Part shown: positions 53,326 to 63,712 of the stretch, piece after piece
How positions within the stretch are numbered: the stretch's first letter is position 1
How the letters are laid out: each line of letters begins with the position of its first letter
Assembly: GCA_000004985.1 (NCBI GenBank)
Contig: GG738914.1
Strand: one strand, 5' to 3'
DNA length: 64,000 nucleotides
Source: Naegleria gruberi
Lineage: Eukaryota
Made by a program: the position numbers and the translations under genes
The notes under the pieces: model-generated
Database searches by the model: none
Told to the model about the DNA's origin: nothing
The model's input: only the letters and a program-made list of their open reading frames with translations

Positions 53326-55962
53326 CTACTGTTTCCACATTTTATTGATTTTCTTACAGAAAACATCACTCATCAACAGTTGATTTCCATTCGAATTGAA
53401 ATTTCTGAAACAACTTTGCATTTCACATTCCTTTCCAAAATATCCCTCATCACAAACACAACTATTCGGTGCAGCACAATAACCACGGGATGAGCATGCT
53501 AGGGCATTTGTTGAATTATATCCAAAACATGAAAATTCATCTCTTGTGTAAAGGGAAACTCTTGTTTGTCTAAGAGCTACCAAATAAGGAATTCCATCGT
53601 ATAGTTTAGGATAGAGATCTGGAGTGGCTATTGGTGGTTGTCTATATCGAATAGGAGAAGTTTGAAAGTAATCATTCACACCACCTGCATATAAATTACC
53701 TTTCCTTGTGATCAAATAATAACTCTTGTCCATCGTATAGCCCGAAACTACATACGAATCATCGGAAGGTAATATGATGGGATAGGGTTGACCATAAAAA
53801 TAATAAGGCTTTCCAATTGTTGAGATAAGAAGCATAGAAGAAGTACCTCCTGTAACCAATTGCCTAACTTTGACATCTCCATTAACTCGAATAAAGTTTA
53901 CAATATTTGTTTCTGAACTCAATGACAAGTATTTTGAATTATCATTATTTCCACAGCCATACACATTTCCTTGATTGGTTAATAATAGCAATGTTGCTGC
54001 ATAGGTTATTACTTTCAAATCCACAACTCTTTCACCAACTCCTAAAAAGGAAATATCTAACATGGTAAATGAATTGAAAACTGTTGGAGCATTTACACCA
54101 AATCCAAATTGATAATTGGAATTTCTACCAATTCCAAGGACACTTCCATTTTTCATCAAGAAGAAAATATTGTCGTCTCCTATTAAGGCGAATTTTTCAA
54201 CATTCGAATAGAAAAGTTGTGGACTTGAAGTGAAGGTAATTGGAAGAGAGAATTGGTAAGCTGGGGATCCCCAACCATACAAATCTCCATTCGAAAGCAG
54301 AATGAATCCAACTTGGTTTCCCAATTCGATTGAAACTATTTCTTGTTTCGTCAAGTTGGACGAAATTAAACTTTCCTTAACTGGTAATATAGAAGATGGG
54401 AAGAGTCCAGAGCAGAGTCCCCAATACTCCATTGAAGTGATATTTCCATTAGATTTTGAAATTATCACTGAACAATCTCCATTCGATTTGGCAGAAATAA
54501 TCGAAACACTGTTCGAAATGTTCATTGATGGAATTGTCAAATTTCTAGGATAACGAATCTCTCTTTCTTCACCTTTAGCCAATATTCCATCTCTATTTGT
54601 TCCCCAAACATATGCCATCCCTTCAGAAGTGACTGAAACTCCATTTGCATCTGTAAACCCAACTTTCGTCAAGTTTCCACCATTCATCATTACAATCTTA
54701 TCAAAATTTGGACCATAAAAATCATGTCCATAATTATCTTGTCTTCCATATCCCCAAGAATACAAATTTCCACCAATAATACAAGCCGAAATCAAACCAG
54801 AAGCATAACATTCGGTAACATTCGAATTAATGTAACTCATTTTTCTTGGAACCCAAACAACCTGTCCAGCACTTGGATCACACTGTTGTGCATCATTATC
54901 ACCAAACACATACACATTTCCATTTTCCAAAATTGTCAAGGCATGTGAAACTCCAAAATGAATTTTTTTGACTTTTGAAGGAAGCAATGTGACTTGTCTA
55001 GGTGTTTCAGTATAATCAAGAGAAGTATCATTCACACCCATAGATCCACGATAATTACTTCCCCACGTATATAATTTACCATCCTTATCAATTGCTGCCA
55101 TTACTGACCTTCCACTAGAATAGGAAGATTTCGAACCACTTAACGAAACTATATTTTGCAATGAAGCAATCTGATTAATCACATAACTATTAATAGCAGT
55201 TGCTACTCCTCTAATATAATCTCCACATCCAAAACTGAAAACATGTCCATAATTAGTAAGTGCAAAATAAGTTTGGCAATAAATATAACCACAAATTTCA
55301 ATATCAACAATTTCTACATTCTGATAAGGTTGAAAATCATCTTGATTGATGTAATTATTGAGAATGAATGTTTCTGTCCAAGGTGTCATTGAATTAGACG
55401 TGTCAAGATATTCTTGAATGAAAACTTTTCCATCACTTGTCAAAATTAAACATGAAAATAAGCAAACCATTTTAGTGACAGTTCTGTTACCAGTAATGAA
55501 TGGATTTTCATTCTTTCCTTCTTCTGTATAGATGTATGTTGGTTCTGGAAGTGTGAAAATTTTTGGTGGTGAAGTTTTTGGATTTCCTCCACTTACGAGA
55601 ATTGTTTGATTGATTGGCATGGATGTGGTTGTGTTGGAGTATTGTAGAATGTAGTAAATTGAATAAGTTGCTGGAACTATTTGTTGAAGCTTGACAGAAA
55701 CGTCACGTGCTTGAATGCCAGTTGTCAATCTGTAAGATTCAGAGCCGTTGAAGAATAAAGTGGAAAGATAAGAGTTGGGTTCTGCTGGATATCCGATTGA
55801 TGTTGGGTAATAGAAATTAAAACCATTGTTGTCAGCGTTACCAAAGTTGTAAATATTTTTCACATTAATTGAACAGCTGGCATGATGTAATATTGACAGG
55901 AAGCATATCACAAACAATAGACCTATCGGTAGCAATTGTTCCCCGCTACGTTTTACACTCAT
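53326..55962 (-). CDS. Secreted RCC1-like beta-propeller repeat protein with a C-terminal EGF-like module (878 aa).
   Basis: N-terminal signal (LLPIGLLFVICFLSILHHASC). RCC1-type repeats (LYTWGSNYRGSMG, VYVFGDNDAQQC, LYSWGYGRQDNYGHD, AYVWGTNRDGILAKG, LYGWGSPAYQFS, VYGCGNNDNSKY, LYAGGVNDYFQTSP). C-terminal CSSRGYCAAPNSCVCDEGYFGKECEMQSC. Confidence 0.65.
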   Translation of the reverse strand: MSVKRSGEQLLPIGLLFVICFLSILHHASCSINVKNIYNFGNADNNGFNFYYPTSIGYPAEPNSYLSTLFFNGSESYRLTTGIQARDVSVKLQQIVPATYSIYYILQYSNTTTSMPINQTILVSGGNPKTSPPKIFTLPEPTYIYTEEGKNENPFITGNRTVTKMVCLFSCLILTSDGKVFIQEYLDTSNSMTPWTETFILNNYINQDDFQPYQNVEIVDIEICGYIYCQTYFALTNYGHVFSFGCGDYIRGVATAINSYVINQIASLQNIVSLSGSKSSYSSGRSVMAAIDKDGKLYTWGSNYRGSMGVNDTSLDYTETPRQVTLLPSKVKKIHFGVSHALTILENGNVYVFGDNDAQQCDPSAGQVVWVPRKMSYINSNVTECYASGLISACIIGGNLYSWGYGRQDNYGHDFYGPNFDKIVMMNGGNLTKVGFTDANGVSVTSEGMAYVWGTNRDGILAKGEEREIRYPRNLTIPSMNISNSVSIISAKSNGDCSVIISKSNGNITSMEYWGLCSGLFPSSILPVKESLISSNLTKQEIVSIELGNQVGFILLSNGDLYGWGSPAYQFSLPITFTSSPQLFYSNVEKFALIGDDNIFFLMKNGSVLGIGRNSNYQFGFGVNAPTVFNSFTMLDISFLGVGERVVDLKVITYAATLLLLTNQGNVYGCGNNDNSKYLSLSSETNIVNFIRVNGDVKVRQLVTGGTSSMLLISTIGKPYYFYGQPYPIILPSDDSYVVSGYTMDKSYYLITRKGNLYAGGVNDYFQTSPIRYRQPPIATPDLYPKLYDGIPYLVALRQTRVSLYTRDEFSCFGYNSTNALACSSRGYCAAPNSCVCDEGYFGKECEMQSCFRNFNSNGNQLLMSDVFCKKINKMWKQ

Positions 55963-56356
55963 TGTTTGGGTGTTGTTCTTTTGATATTGTTTAATTTTTT
56001 TATAATGACGTTTGGCAGTGAAATCCGATAATTCACCTACGAAGAGCTTTCATTATTTGGAAAATAATTCGCACAACACAGTAACACCAATGTCGGACTA
56101 TTTGACCATCACTGTTATTAATGACTTTTGGCAGTGATATTAAAGTGACATTTGAAGTTGACTGACTTTGAATTTAATTTCCATTCCAATGAGAAACTAG
56201 TTGAATATCTTAATAATATTTTGAACAAGACGAATGAGGTTGAACATTAGAAACTGGCGTTACTTGTTTCGATGTCGAAACCTTTCGTCTTGTTTCTCTA
56301 TCTTGCTTCCAGATTCCCAAACTTTTAAGATTCGAATATTTTTCTCTTAAAAAAAA

Positions 56357-57748
56357 ATGTCAGAATTAAAAACCACACCATCACCATCTTGCTCTCTATT
56401 TCTTCCTGATGATATTTGTTATGAAATATTAACTTTTTTACATTGTAACGATGAATACGATGAATACGATGATGATGGATCATTTTTAACACATCAATTA
56501 TTTATTTTAAATACTTGTTGTTTAATATCTAAACAATGGTTAAATGTAATTCGGAATCGATGTGAATTTACTATTTTTATTCATCATGCCAGCTGTCAAG
56601 TATTAAATTCTTTAATGGATTCGCAATTTGTTTCTAATTTTACAACACTACATGTCACTGAATCTTGGGATTGTAATATGGAAATGATTAGTTCTATGAA
56701 TCATTTAACTAAATTGCACATTAACAATAATTACACCAGTAAGAAAATGGAATTTATATGTAAATTGAATCAATTGAAAATATTGGAATTGGAATTGAGT
56801 GATATTGGAAATGAACAACTTATTCAAATTTCCCAATCTATGAAACAATTAACAAAACTTAGTGTTGGTTTTAATGATATTGGAGGAGAAGGATTGAAAT
56901 TAATTAAAGAGTTGAGTAATTCCTTGACTATCTTAAATATTGAACATAATCAAATAGGAAATGAAGGTTTGGAATTATTAAGTGGATTGACACGATTGGA
57001 TAGTCTTGATATTTCTACGAATAAGATTGATAAATTCAATTCAATTTGTAATTTGAATCAATTAACAATATTAAATGTCAGTAATAATATTGTTGGAAAT
57101 GAGGGTGTGAAATTCATAAGTAAATTGAAACATTTAACTGAGCTAGTTATGCAGAGTTGTAACGTTAAGGAGGAAGGAATGAAATCAATTTGTGAATTGA
57201 AGAATTTAACCAACTTTAACATTAGTAATAATTTTATTCGAAATGAAGGAATGATATTGATATGTAATTCATTTCCACTATTGAAATGTCTACGTGCAAG
57301 CTCAAACAAGATTAGCAACGAAGGAGTTCAAGATATTACTAAATTAGAAAGATTGACCGATCTGAATATTTGCCGAAATGAAATTAGCAATAATGGAATG
57401 AAATCAATTAGTGGATTAAAGAAGCTAACTTGTCTAGATGTTAGTGGTAATAATATTAGTGATGAAGGTGCAACATCTATTAGTCAACTTTCTCAATTAT
57501 CAAGTCTTTATATTAATGACAATCAAATTGGTGATGAAGGAATGGAATCAATTAGTGAAATGAACAATTTATCTAAACTTTGGATTAATGATAATCAAAT
57601 TGGCAATATAGGAGCCAAGGCAATTTCAGTTAACATGCATCAATTAACCTTCCTTTTTATTGCCAACAATAGGATTGGTGAGGAAGGAATTAAACTTCTT
57701 GAGAATATGAAACTGACCTATTTGGAGACCTTTGATAAACTTTATTAG
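56357..57748 (+). CDS. F-box-like + leucine-rich-repeat protein (463 aa), paralog of the 48040..49264 gene.
   Basis: ATG in an aaaaaaaaATG context. F-box-like DDICYEILTFLH...CLISKQWLNVIRNRCEF, then ~14 LRRs of the form LTxLNISxNxIGNEGxKxIS.L. Confidence 0.7.
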   Translation: MSELKTTPSPSCSLFLPDDICYEILTFLHCNDEYDEYDDDGSFLTHQLFILNTCCLISKQWLNVIRNRCEFTIFIHHASCQVLNSLMDSQFVSNFTTLHVTESWDCNMEMISSMNHLTKLHINNNYTSKKMEFICKLNQLKILELELSDIGNEQLIQISQSMKQLTKLSVGFNDIGGEGLKLIKELSNSLTILNIEHNQIGNEGLELLSGLTRLDSLDISTNKIDKFNSICNLNQLTILNVSNNIVGNEGVKFISKLKHLTELVMQSCNVKEEGMKSICELKNLTNFNISNNFIRNEGMILICNSFPLLKCLRASSNKISNEGVQDITKLERLTDLNICRNEISNNGMKSISGLKKLTCLDVSGNNISDEGATSISQLSQLSSLYINDNQIGDEGMESISEMNNLSKLWINDNQIGNIGAKAISVNMHQLTFLFIANNRIGEEGIKLLENMKLTYLETFDKLY

Positions 57749-57824
57749 TGAAACATTTCGAATAAACAATCATGATATGTAAGCAATTGTTTTCACATAT
57801 ATTAAATTTTCTCAAGTAAATGTA

Positions 57825-57905
57825 GCAGACTTGGCCGAGTGGTTAAGGCGACAGACTTGAAATCTGTTGGGGAAACCTTCGTAGGTTCGAATCCTGCAGT
57901 CTGCG
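57825..57905 (+). tRNA. tRNA-Ser(UGA), type II.
   Basis: Acceptor GCAGACT/AGTCTGC with discriminator G. D-arm GCC-GAGTGGTTAA-GGC. Anticodon stem-loop ACAGA-CTTGAAA-TCTGT, giving anticodon TGA. Long variable arm TGGGGAAACCTTC. T-arm GTAGG-TTCGAAT-CCTGC. Confidence 0.85.
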
Positions 57906-57987
57906 TCTGAGATTTTGATTTGGCTTTAATTGGGGAGCGTAAAGTGTTTCCCTAGTATTGATTAAGAGGCTTTTATCAGAGTGTAAG

Positions 57988-58068
57988 GCGGTCTTGACCG
58001 AGTGGTTAAGGTGATTGACTAGAAATCAATTGGGGCGACCCGCACAGGTTCGAGTCCTGTAGATCGCG
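57988..58068 (+). tRNA. tRNA-Ser(AGA), type II.
   Basis: Acceptor GCGGTCT/AGATCGC with discriminator G. D-loop AGTGGTTAAGG. Anticodon stem-loop ATTGA-CTAGAAA-TCAAT, giving anticodon AGA. Variable arm TGGGGCGACCCGCA. T-arm CAGGTTCGAGTCCTG. Confidence 0.85.
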
Positions 58069-58515
58069 ATCAGTTTTATCTTTTAAAAAATTAACTATCT
58101 TTTACAAATATTTAAACATATTACACCATTAATAATGAATTAATCACATATCATATCACATAATCTTTCTATTAAGTTAACTTGCATACTTGAGAGATTC
58201 ATACAAGATATTGTACTACTTTTTGTTGTCGAGAAAAGGTTTACCCGAGCTAAAGTCTTACACCAGGTTTTACAGTACTCTGCCTTCAACTCATCTCCTT
58301 TAAAGTGGGTAATAACCTTATTAATAATTCCACAGTAAACCATCTGGAAATTGTCCATTGAATTTCCAAACCGTAACACTCGCTGCTGTTCACGCCACGC
58401 ACCTTCACGCTATCAATAGTAAAATCAATCTACACAGCCTTAATCAAAAAAGTGTTTGCTGGCAATTTTTCGTAAATTTTGAGTGGCGCTCAAATCCGTT
58501 TTTTGATTAAAAAAA

Positions 58516-61500
58516 ATGCAAGGAAGAACGCTACTGCTTTTCACGCTCATCCTTTTATGTGTGCTAGCTTATTGTTGTGTAGAGAATGTTACTGCTGAAT
58601 CATGGGGAAGTTTCTTGAGTCAATCTATGCAAGTTACAAATGGTAAGTGGAGTGTAATTTGACATTTTGGAAGAATTAAGCATTATGATCATTATTCATA
58701 TTTAGGAAAATTATTTTCATCATCAAAAAGATCACAAGTTGTTTGTCCTCCAAATACCTTTGGAAGTAAATGTAATAATAAGGTGAATCTCCCAGATACA
58801 TATCCTCTCAAAAAAGGTCCGTTAATGATTGGCCAGATGGAGATTAATGATGGAAATTCTTATTCATGCGAGTGGACTATTTTTGTTTTAGAATTTAATC
58901 AAAGTTTTAGTTATCCCTGTTTTTTTGTCGTAGCCGATACAACTGTTCCACCAATCAATTACACTCTAACCTATTCAGTGTGGTCTGCAGGTTTCATAAT
59001 TTTTTCAAAGGATGTTGTGTTTATTGATGGGATAATTCCAACATTGAATACTAAGGTGACCTACATGGGTGATTTCAATTTCTTGATTGACAAACCAATG
59101 AGCTGGGATGATTCTGCCAACACATGCCAAGTTGGAATAGTTCAACAAAAGATTTCTTCATTGCAAGAACTTTCAAAGTTGAAAAACTTAACTACATTTG
59201 ACATTCCTTGCAATTCATCTTCAACAATCAAGGTTCCATATTTTGGATATCCTTACTAAGATAGTGTTTTCCTATCATAATTTAAAATATTCAATGTATG
59301 ATAATTATATTCAAGAAAGAACCTTAATTGAATACTTTCCAACATTTTTTGCAAATCTTGGAAACACGACAGACATTAGCATTTCAAACTCTGATAGAAT
59401 TATCTCTTTCTATAGCATTGTGAGTTCTAACATTCCTGTTTTGAAATGCAAAGTCCAATTGAGTCTAGGAAATTCTCTCACTACCCTATTCGAATCTAAT
59501 TGTTCTTCCTTTTTGAACTTTACCCATTCACTCACTCAATACAGCACCAATACGAATGCCTCCATCATAGTCACTCTCTCAAATCAAGAATACATGTTTG
59601 AAGAAAGTGAAACTTTTGACATGAATCTATCAAATTGTTCTCAGTGTCAAAATGGAATTTGTCGATTGTCTCAAAGTAGTATTGATGGTTCAACTCATTG
59701 CGAATGCTCAGGCTTGTTTGAAGGAGAATTTTGTCAAGAGTGTAAAGATGGTTTTGTCAAATTATCGGACAAGTGCGTTTGTCCGAATGGTTATCAACAA
59801 ATTGGTTTTGGCTGTGTCTTTGTTAGTAGCTCAAACGCCACTTCCTGTTTTGGATATAGTGTCAAAGAAGGTGATCGTGCATGTTCTTATCATGGAATTT
59901 GTAATTTGAATACTCATTTGTGTGAATGTAGTGAAAACTTTGATGGTGACAGATGTTCAACATGTAAGACAGGTTACACTGGTTCAAAGTGTGATATTCC
60001 AATTTGTCATGATGTGAGTGCCATCGATTCAACTGTTTGTAATTCCAAAGGTGATTGTGTAGCACCTGACAGCTGTCAATGTAATGCAAATTATTATGGA
60101 CCTAATTGTGCAAGCTTTAAATGTAATGGCATTGAAAAGAATAATGCTTTAGTTTGTTCATCACATGGTACATGTTCCAATGCTGATGTATGCACTTGTT
60201 CCTCAAATTATGATTCGTCCACTTTCTGTTCAAAATGTCTTCCTTCCTACAATGGAACTGATTGTTCCATAAAAATTTGCAGCCCAGAAACCACTTGTAG
60301 AGGCCATGGACAATGTAACGATCAATTACAATGTATCTGTAATGGAAAATTCACAGGCACCTATTGTGAAAAGTGTTTAGATGGTTGGGTTGGCAGTAAT
60401 TGCGACATTACTTGTTCTGCACAGACAACTTGTTCTGGAAAGGGAAGTTGTTCATCAACTGGATCTTGTATCTGCTCGGCAACTTCCTATGGAGATCATT
60501 GTGAGAATTGTAAAGATGGTTGGTATGGAGCTAATTGCGACTTTAGAATAGATTTTACATCTTTTGAATTTAATGAGAATGGTGATTCGATTAGTGCTTC
60601 TGTAAACTCTGTCATGAAGAAGAATATCAACTGTTCATCGCTCATTGTAAACACTGAAGTGTTAGGACAAGGTGCAACTTGTGTATTGGATGGTGATAAG
60701 AGTTTATTGATCATTAATCTTGGCACCTTGGCAACTATTGTCATTAATGGAAATCTCATTATCAGAAACTACATTGACAGCAAATTAACAACCAATGCCA
60801 AAGTGTCAGGAACTTTCTATCAAAGAGTTGATCCTGTCGCCTCCTTGACATCTGAAAAGTCTGTCATTGGTTGTGGAACAATGTTCTTGGATGCTTCTTC
60901 ATCCACTTCATTGGACAGAAGAAGATTGTTATTCACATTCTCTGCAGTCACAGCTCCAAATAATCAAGCCTTATCAAACCTTAATAATCTCATTTCTGGA
61001 AATAGTGCAAGTACTGTCAAATTCTCAGTGAATAATTTTACAGGTGGATCTTATTCTGTTCAGGTTGCTGTTCAGAGCACATTCTCTGGTAGAGTTTCGT
61101 ATGCTACGTTTGCATTCATGGTGACTGATGCCTCCCCACCAAATTTGAGTATTAAGAATGGTGTTTCGAGTACTGTGACTATTGGAAACTCATTTGTGGT
61201 TACACCAATTGTTTCATTCCCTTCATGTTATTCTGGTTCTGCTTTAATATCTAATCTGAAATTTACCTATACTCAAGTTAGCGGTGCTGCACTCCAGATT
61301 AAACAAAAGAATGAATTGTTGGTGTTTAGTTCAGATTATACCAAGTTGACTGAAGAAGGTAAATATGTATTTAGTTTGAGTGCTGTTGAACAGGGATATC
61401 CAGGAGCATCCATCACATTCGAAATCATCGCAGTAGCCCTTCCATTGAAAGTTTCGTTCAATATTCGTGACATGTCTCAATCCATGGAAGATAAAATCTC

Positions 61501-63454
61501 GTTTACAGTACTCAAACAGGATCCAAGTAATCCAGATGATGCAAGTGGACAAGTAGCTCTATCTTGTGTCAATATGGAAACTTTACAAAGTTGTGATGGT
61601 TTCGTCCAGAATGGTGCAAATATTGATCAGACCACTTTGTTATTTAACCAAAAGTATGGACCTGGCGTTTATTTGTTTACTGCTGTGTACACCAAGGGTT
61701 CGAGATTCTCCTCTTCCAAAGTTAAAATCACTGTCACAAGTCAATCGAAATCATCCTTCTTGAGAATATACATTAATACTCCTTCCAATATTGATCTGAC
61801 CTCAGTTGACCCATCCACTTATTTAATTCTTCAAGCACAAAGCATCGACTCACTAAGCGTTCAAAGAATCTACTCATGGACAACTGATTTTGATTCCTCC
61901 TCCACCTCCTCATTGGATCTCAACAAGAAATACTTGTCCATTCCAAAGAGTTTACTTGTTCCTGGTGCTTCTTACACAGTTTCTGTTAAGGTTGTGGATG
62001 GAGCAAAGGTAGGTGAGGGAGTTATTTCATTTGTGGTCAATTCGCCTCCAACATTGGGAAGTTTGGAAATTAATCCATCGACAGGTGTTGCCCTCACTGA
62101 TGAATTTAAGGTTTCATGTGGAAATGGGTGGTCGGATGTTCAACTCCCGCTGACCTTCAAGTTTTTGTACAGACTTCAAGGAGATGTGTTCTGGAAAGTA
62201 TTGAAAGAAAGATCTGAAACGAGGTCTTTCAGTACTGTCATGCCAAGTGGACATATAGAAATCAAATCCATTGTCTATGATGCTTTAGGAGCCGCCACAG
62301 AAACAACACAAATCATTCAAGTCACTAATCCAGTTGACATTACATCAGCCGTTCAATCTTTGAATGCTATTAGTACTTCTTCAGTCACTTCCTCTTCGAC
62401 CTCATCTGCATTGAGTGTTATTCAATCATTGAAACCTCAAACTCAAGAAGAAAAGCAAAAATTGAGTGAAACTGGATCAAAGATTGCAATTGCCTATTTT
62501 TCACAGATAGAAAAGGAAGAAACCGTCACTTCCCAAACAGTTTCATCAACAGCCTCTTCAATTTCTGTTATTTCATCCATCAGTACTTGTATTTCAAATC
62601 TGCCTGAAAGCACAGTCAGTTTTATCATTACTAAATTCAAGTCAACTGTCGATGGCGCCAATTCAAAGCTTAATTTACCAGATGAAGATATTGAATCATC
62701 ATTCAACAGTGCCACCACCATTCAATCCTATGTTGTCAAAAATGGAGAAAAGAGGGCAATCTATGTCTTCTCCAAAGTTGATATTACAATGTTAGATCAA
62801 ATTAAGGAAACTCTTGTTAACCTACAAGTGAAGAATTTAGTTGCAGACATGCCTGCTGCTAGAACATTCGGCACAGATTACTATTCATATATGAGATTAA
62901 TGAGCGTTTCGTCTTTGAGTAATTTGAATGATACAATCAGTTCAGAATCTTCATTCTCTCTCAGTCAACCATTCAGCACACTATCACAATTTTCTAATTT
63001 GGATACTGTTAAACTTGTGATGAAAGTCCAACAACAAAACGAAAGTGTTACCAAACTTTTCTCATTCAAGGTAGTTTCTACCAATACTGAAATACCAATC
63101 AGTTCTGATTCAATTGCTGAACTCACCATTGAAAATAATGATGGAGTTGTACAAAATGCTGCCACTTACGAATGCAAGATTTTACAAAATGGACAATTGA
63201 CATCATTGTCCTCATGTGTGATTGTTTCACACTCTGCAACCAGCTTTACAGTTAGGGTTCCTTCAACTGGTTCTTATGCAATTGTGGCCAATGTTAAGAA
63301 AGATGTTATTGTTGACATATTGTCAGAAGATAATTTGAAATATCTTGCTTTCCTATCATTGATTGTTCCAATTGTTGTGTTGATTGTCATTGTTTTCATT
63401 GTTGTGGTTTGTGTTATTAGAAAGAGAAAGAGAGCAAAAGTTCAAGGTGTTTAA
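58516..63454 (+). CDS. Large type-I membrane protein (~1600 aa) with a signal peptide and multiple EGF-like repeats. Exons 58516..58642 and 58706..~59250, then an apparent +1 frameshift in 59192..59259 leading into ORF 59198..63454.
   Basis: Exon 1 has ATG at 58516 (aaaaaaATG), signal peptide MQGRTLLLFTLILLCVLAYCC..., and a donor AAT G|GTAAGT at 58642/58643. A 63-nt intron ends tcatatttAG at 58705. Exon 2 continues in the frame of ORF 58783..59259. The 1418-aa ORF (8+ EGF-like CxC modules, a C-terminal TM LAFLSLIVPIVVLIVIVFIVVVCVI and an RKRKRAKVQGV tail) is in the +1 frame and open only from 59192. The only GT..AG option would give a 28-nt intron, so a frameshift is inferred. Confidence 0.6.
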
Positions 63455-63597
63455 GATTTTTAATAAACAATTAAAATAATTCAAGTTGCATTTCGTATTT
63501 TATTATTAAAGGGCAAGTTACGATTTAGTCACTTTTTATCAACAATTACTTGTGAATATTGGAATTATGTGTTAATGTACTCAAACATTTGTGTAAG

Positions 63598-63678
63598 GCG
63601 GTCTTGACCGAGTGGTTAAGGTGATTGACTAGAAATCAATTGGGGAGACCCGCACAGGTTCGAGTCCTGTAGATCGCG
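63598..63678 (+). tRNA. tRNA-Ser(AGA), second copy.
   Basis: Identical to 57988..58068 except for one substitution in the variable arm (GGGGAGACCC against GGGGCGACCC). The 7 nt upstream (gtgtaag) and ~27 nt downstream (atcagttttatcttttaaaaa) are also shared. Confidence 0.85.
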
Positions 63679-63712
63679 ATCAGTTTTATCTTTTAAAAAT
63701 TAACAAATCTGT

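Noticed and set aside
58140-58379. ORF 58140..58379 (79 aa, minus strand) between the tRNA-Ser genes and the EGF gene.
   Set aside because: Short ORF in a promoter region with no supporting features.
59225-59259. A 28-nt GT..AG intron (AAG|gttcca...cttactaAG) to join the EGF-gene exons.
   Set aside because: It is far below any plausible spliceosomal intron length, and its sequence is not AT-rich like every other intron here. A 1-nt indel is the simpler explanation.
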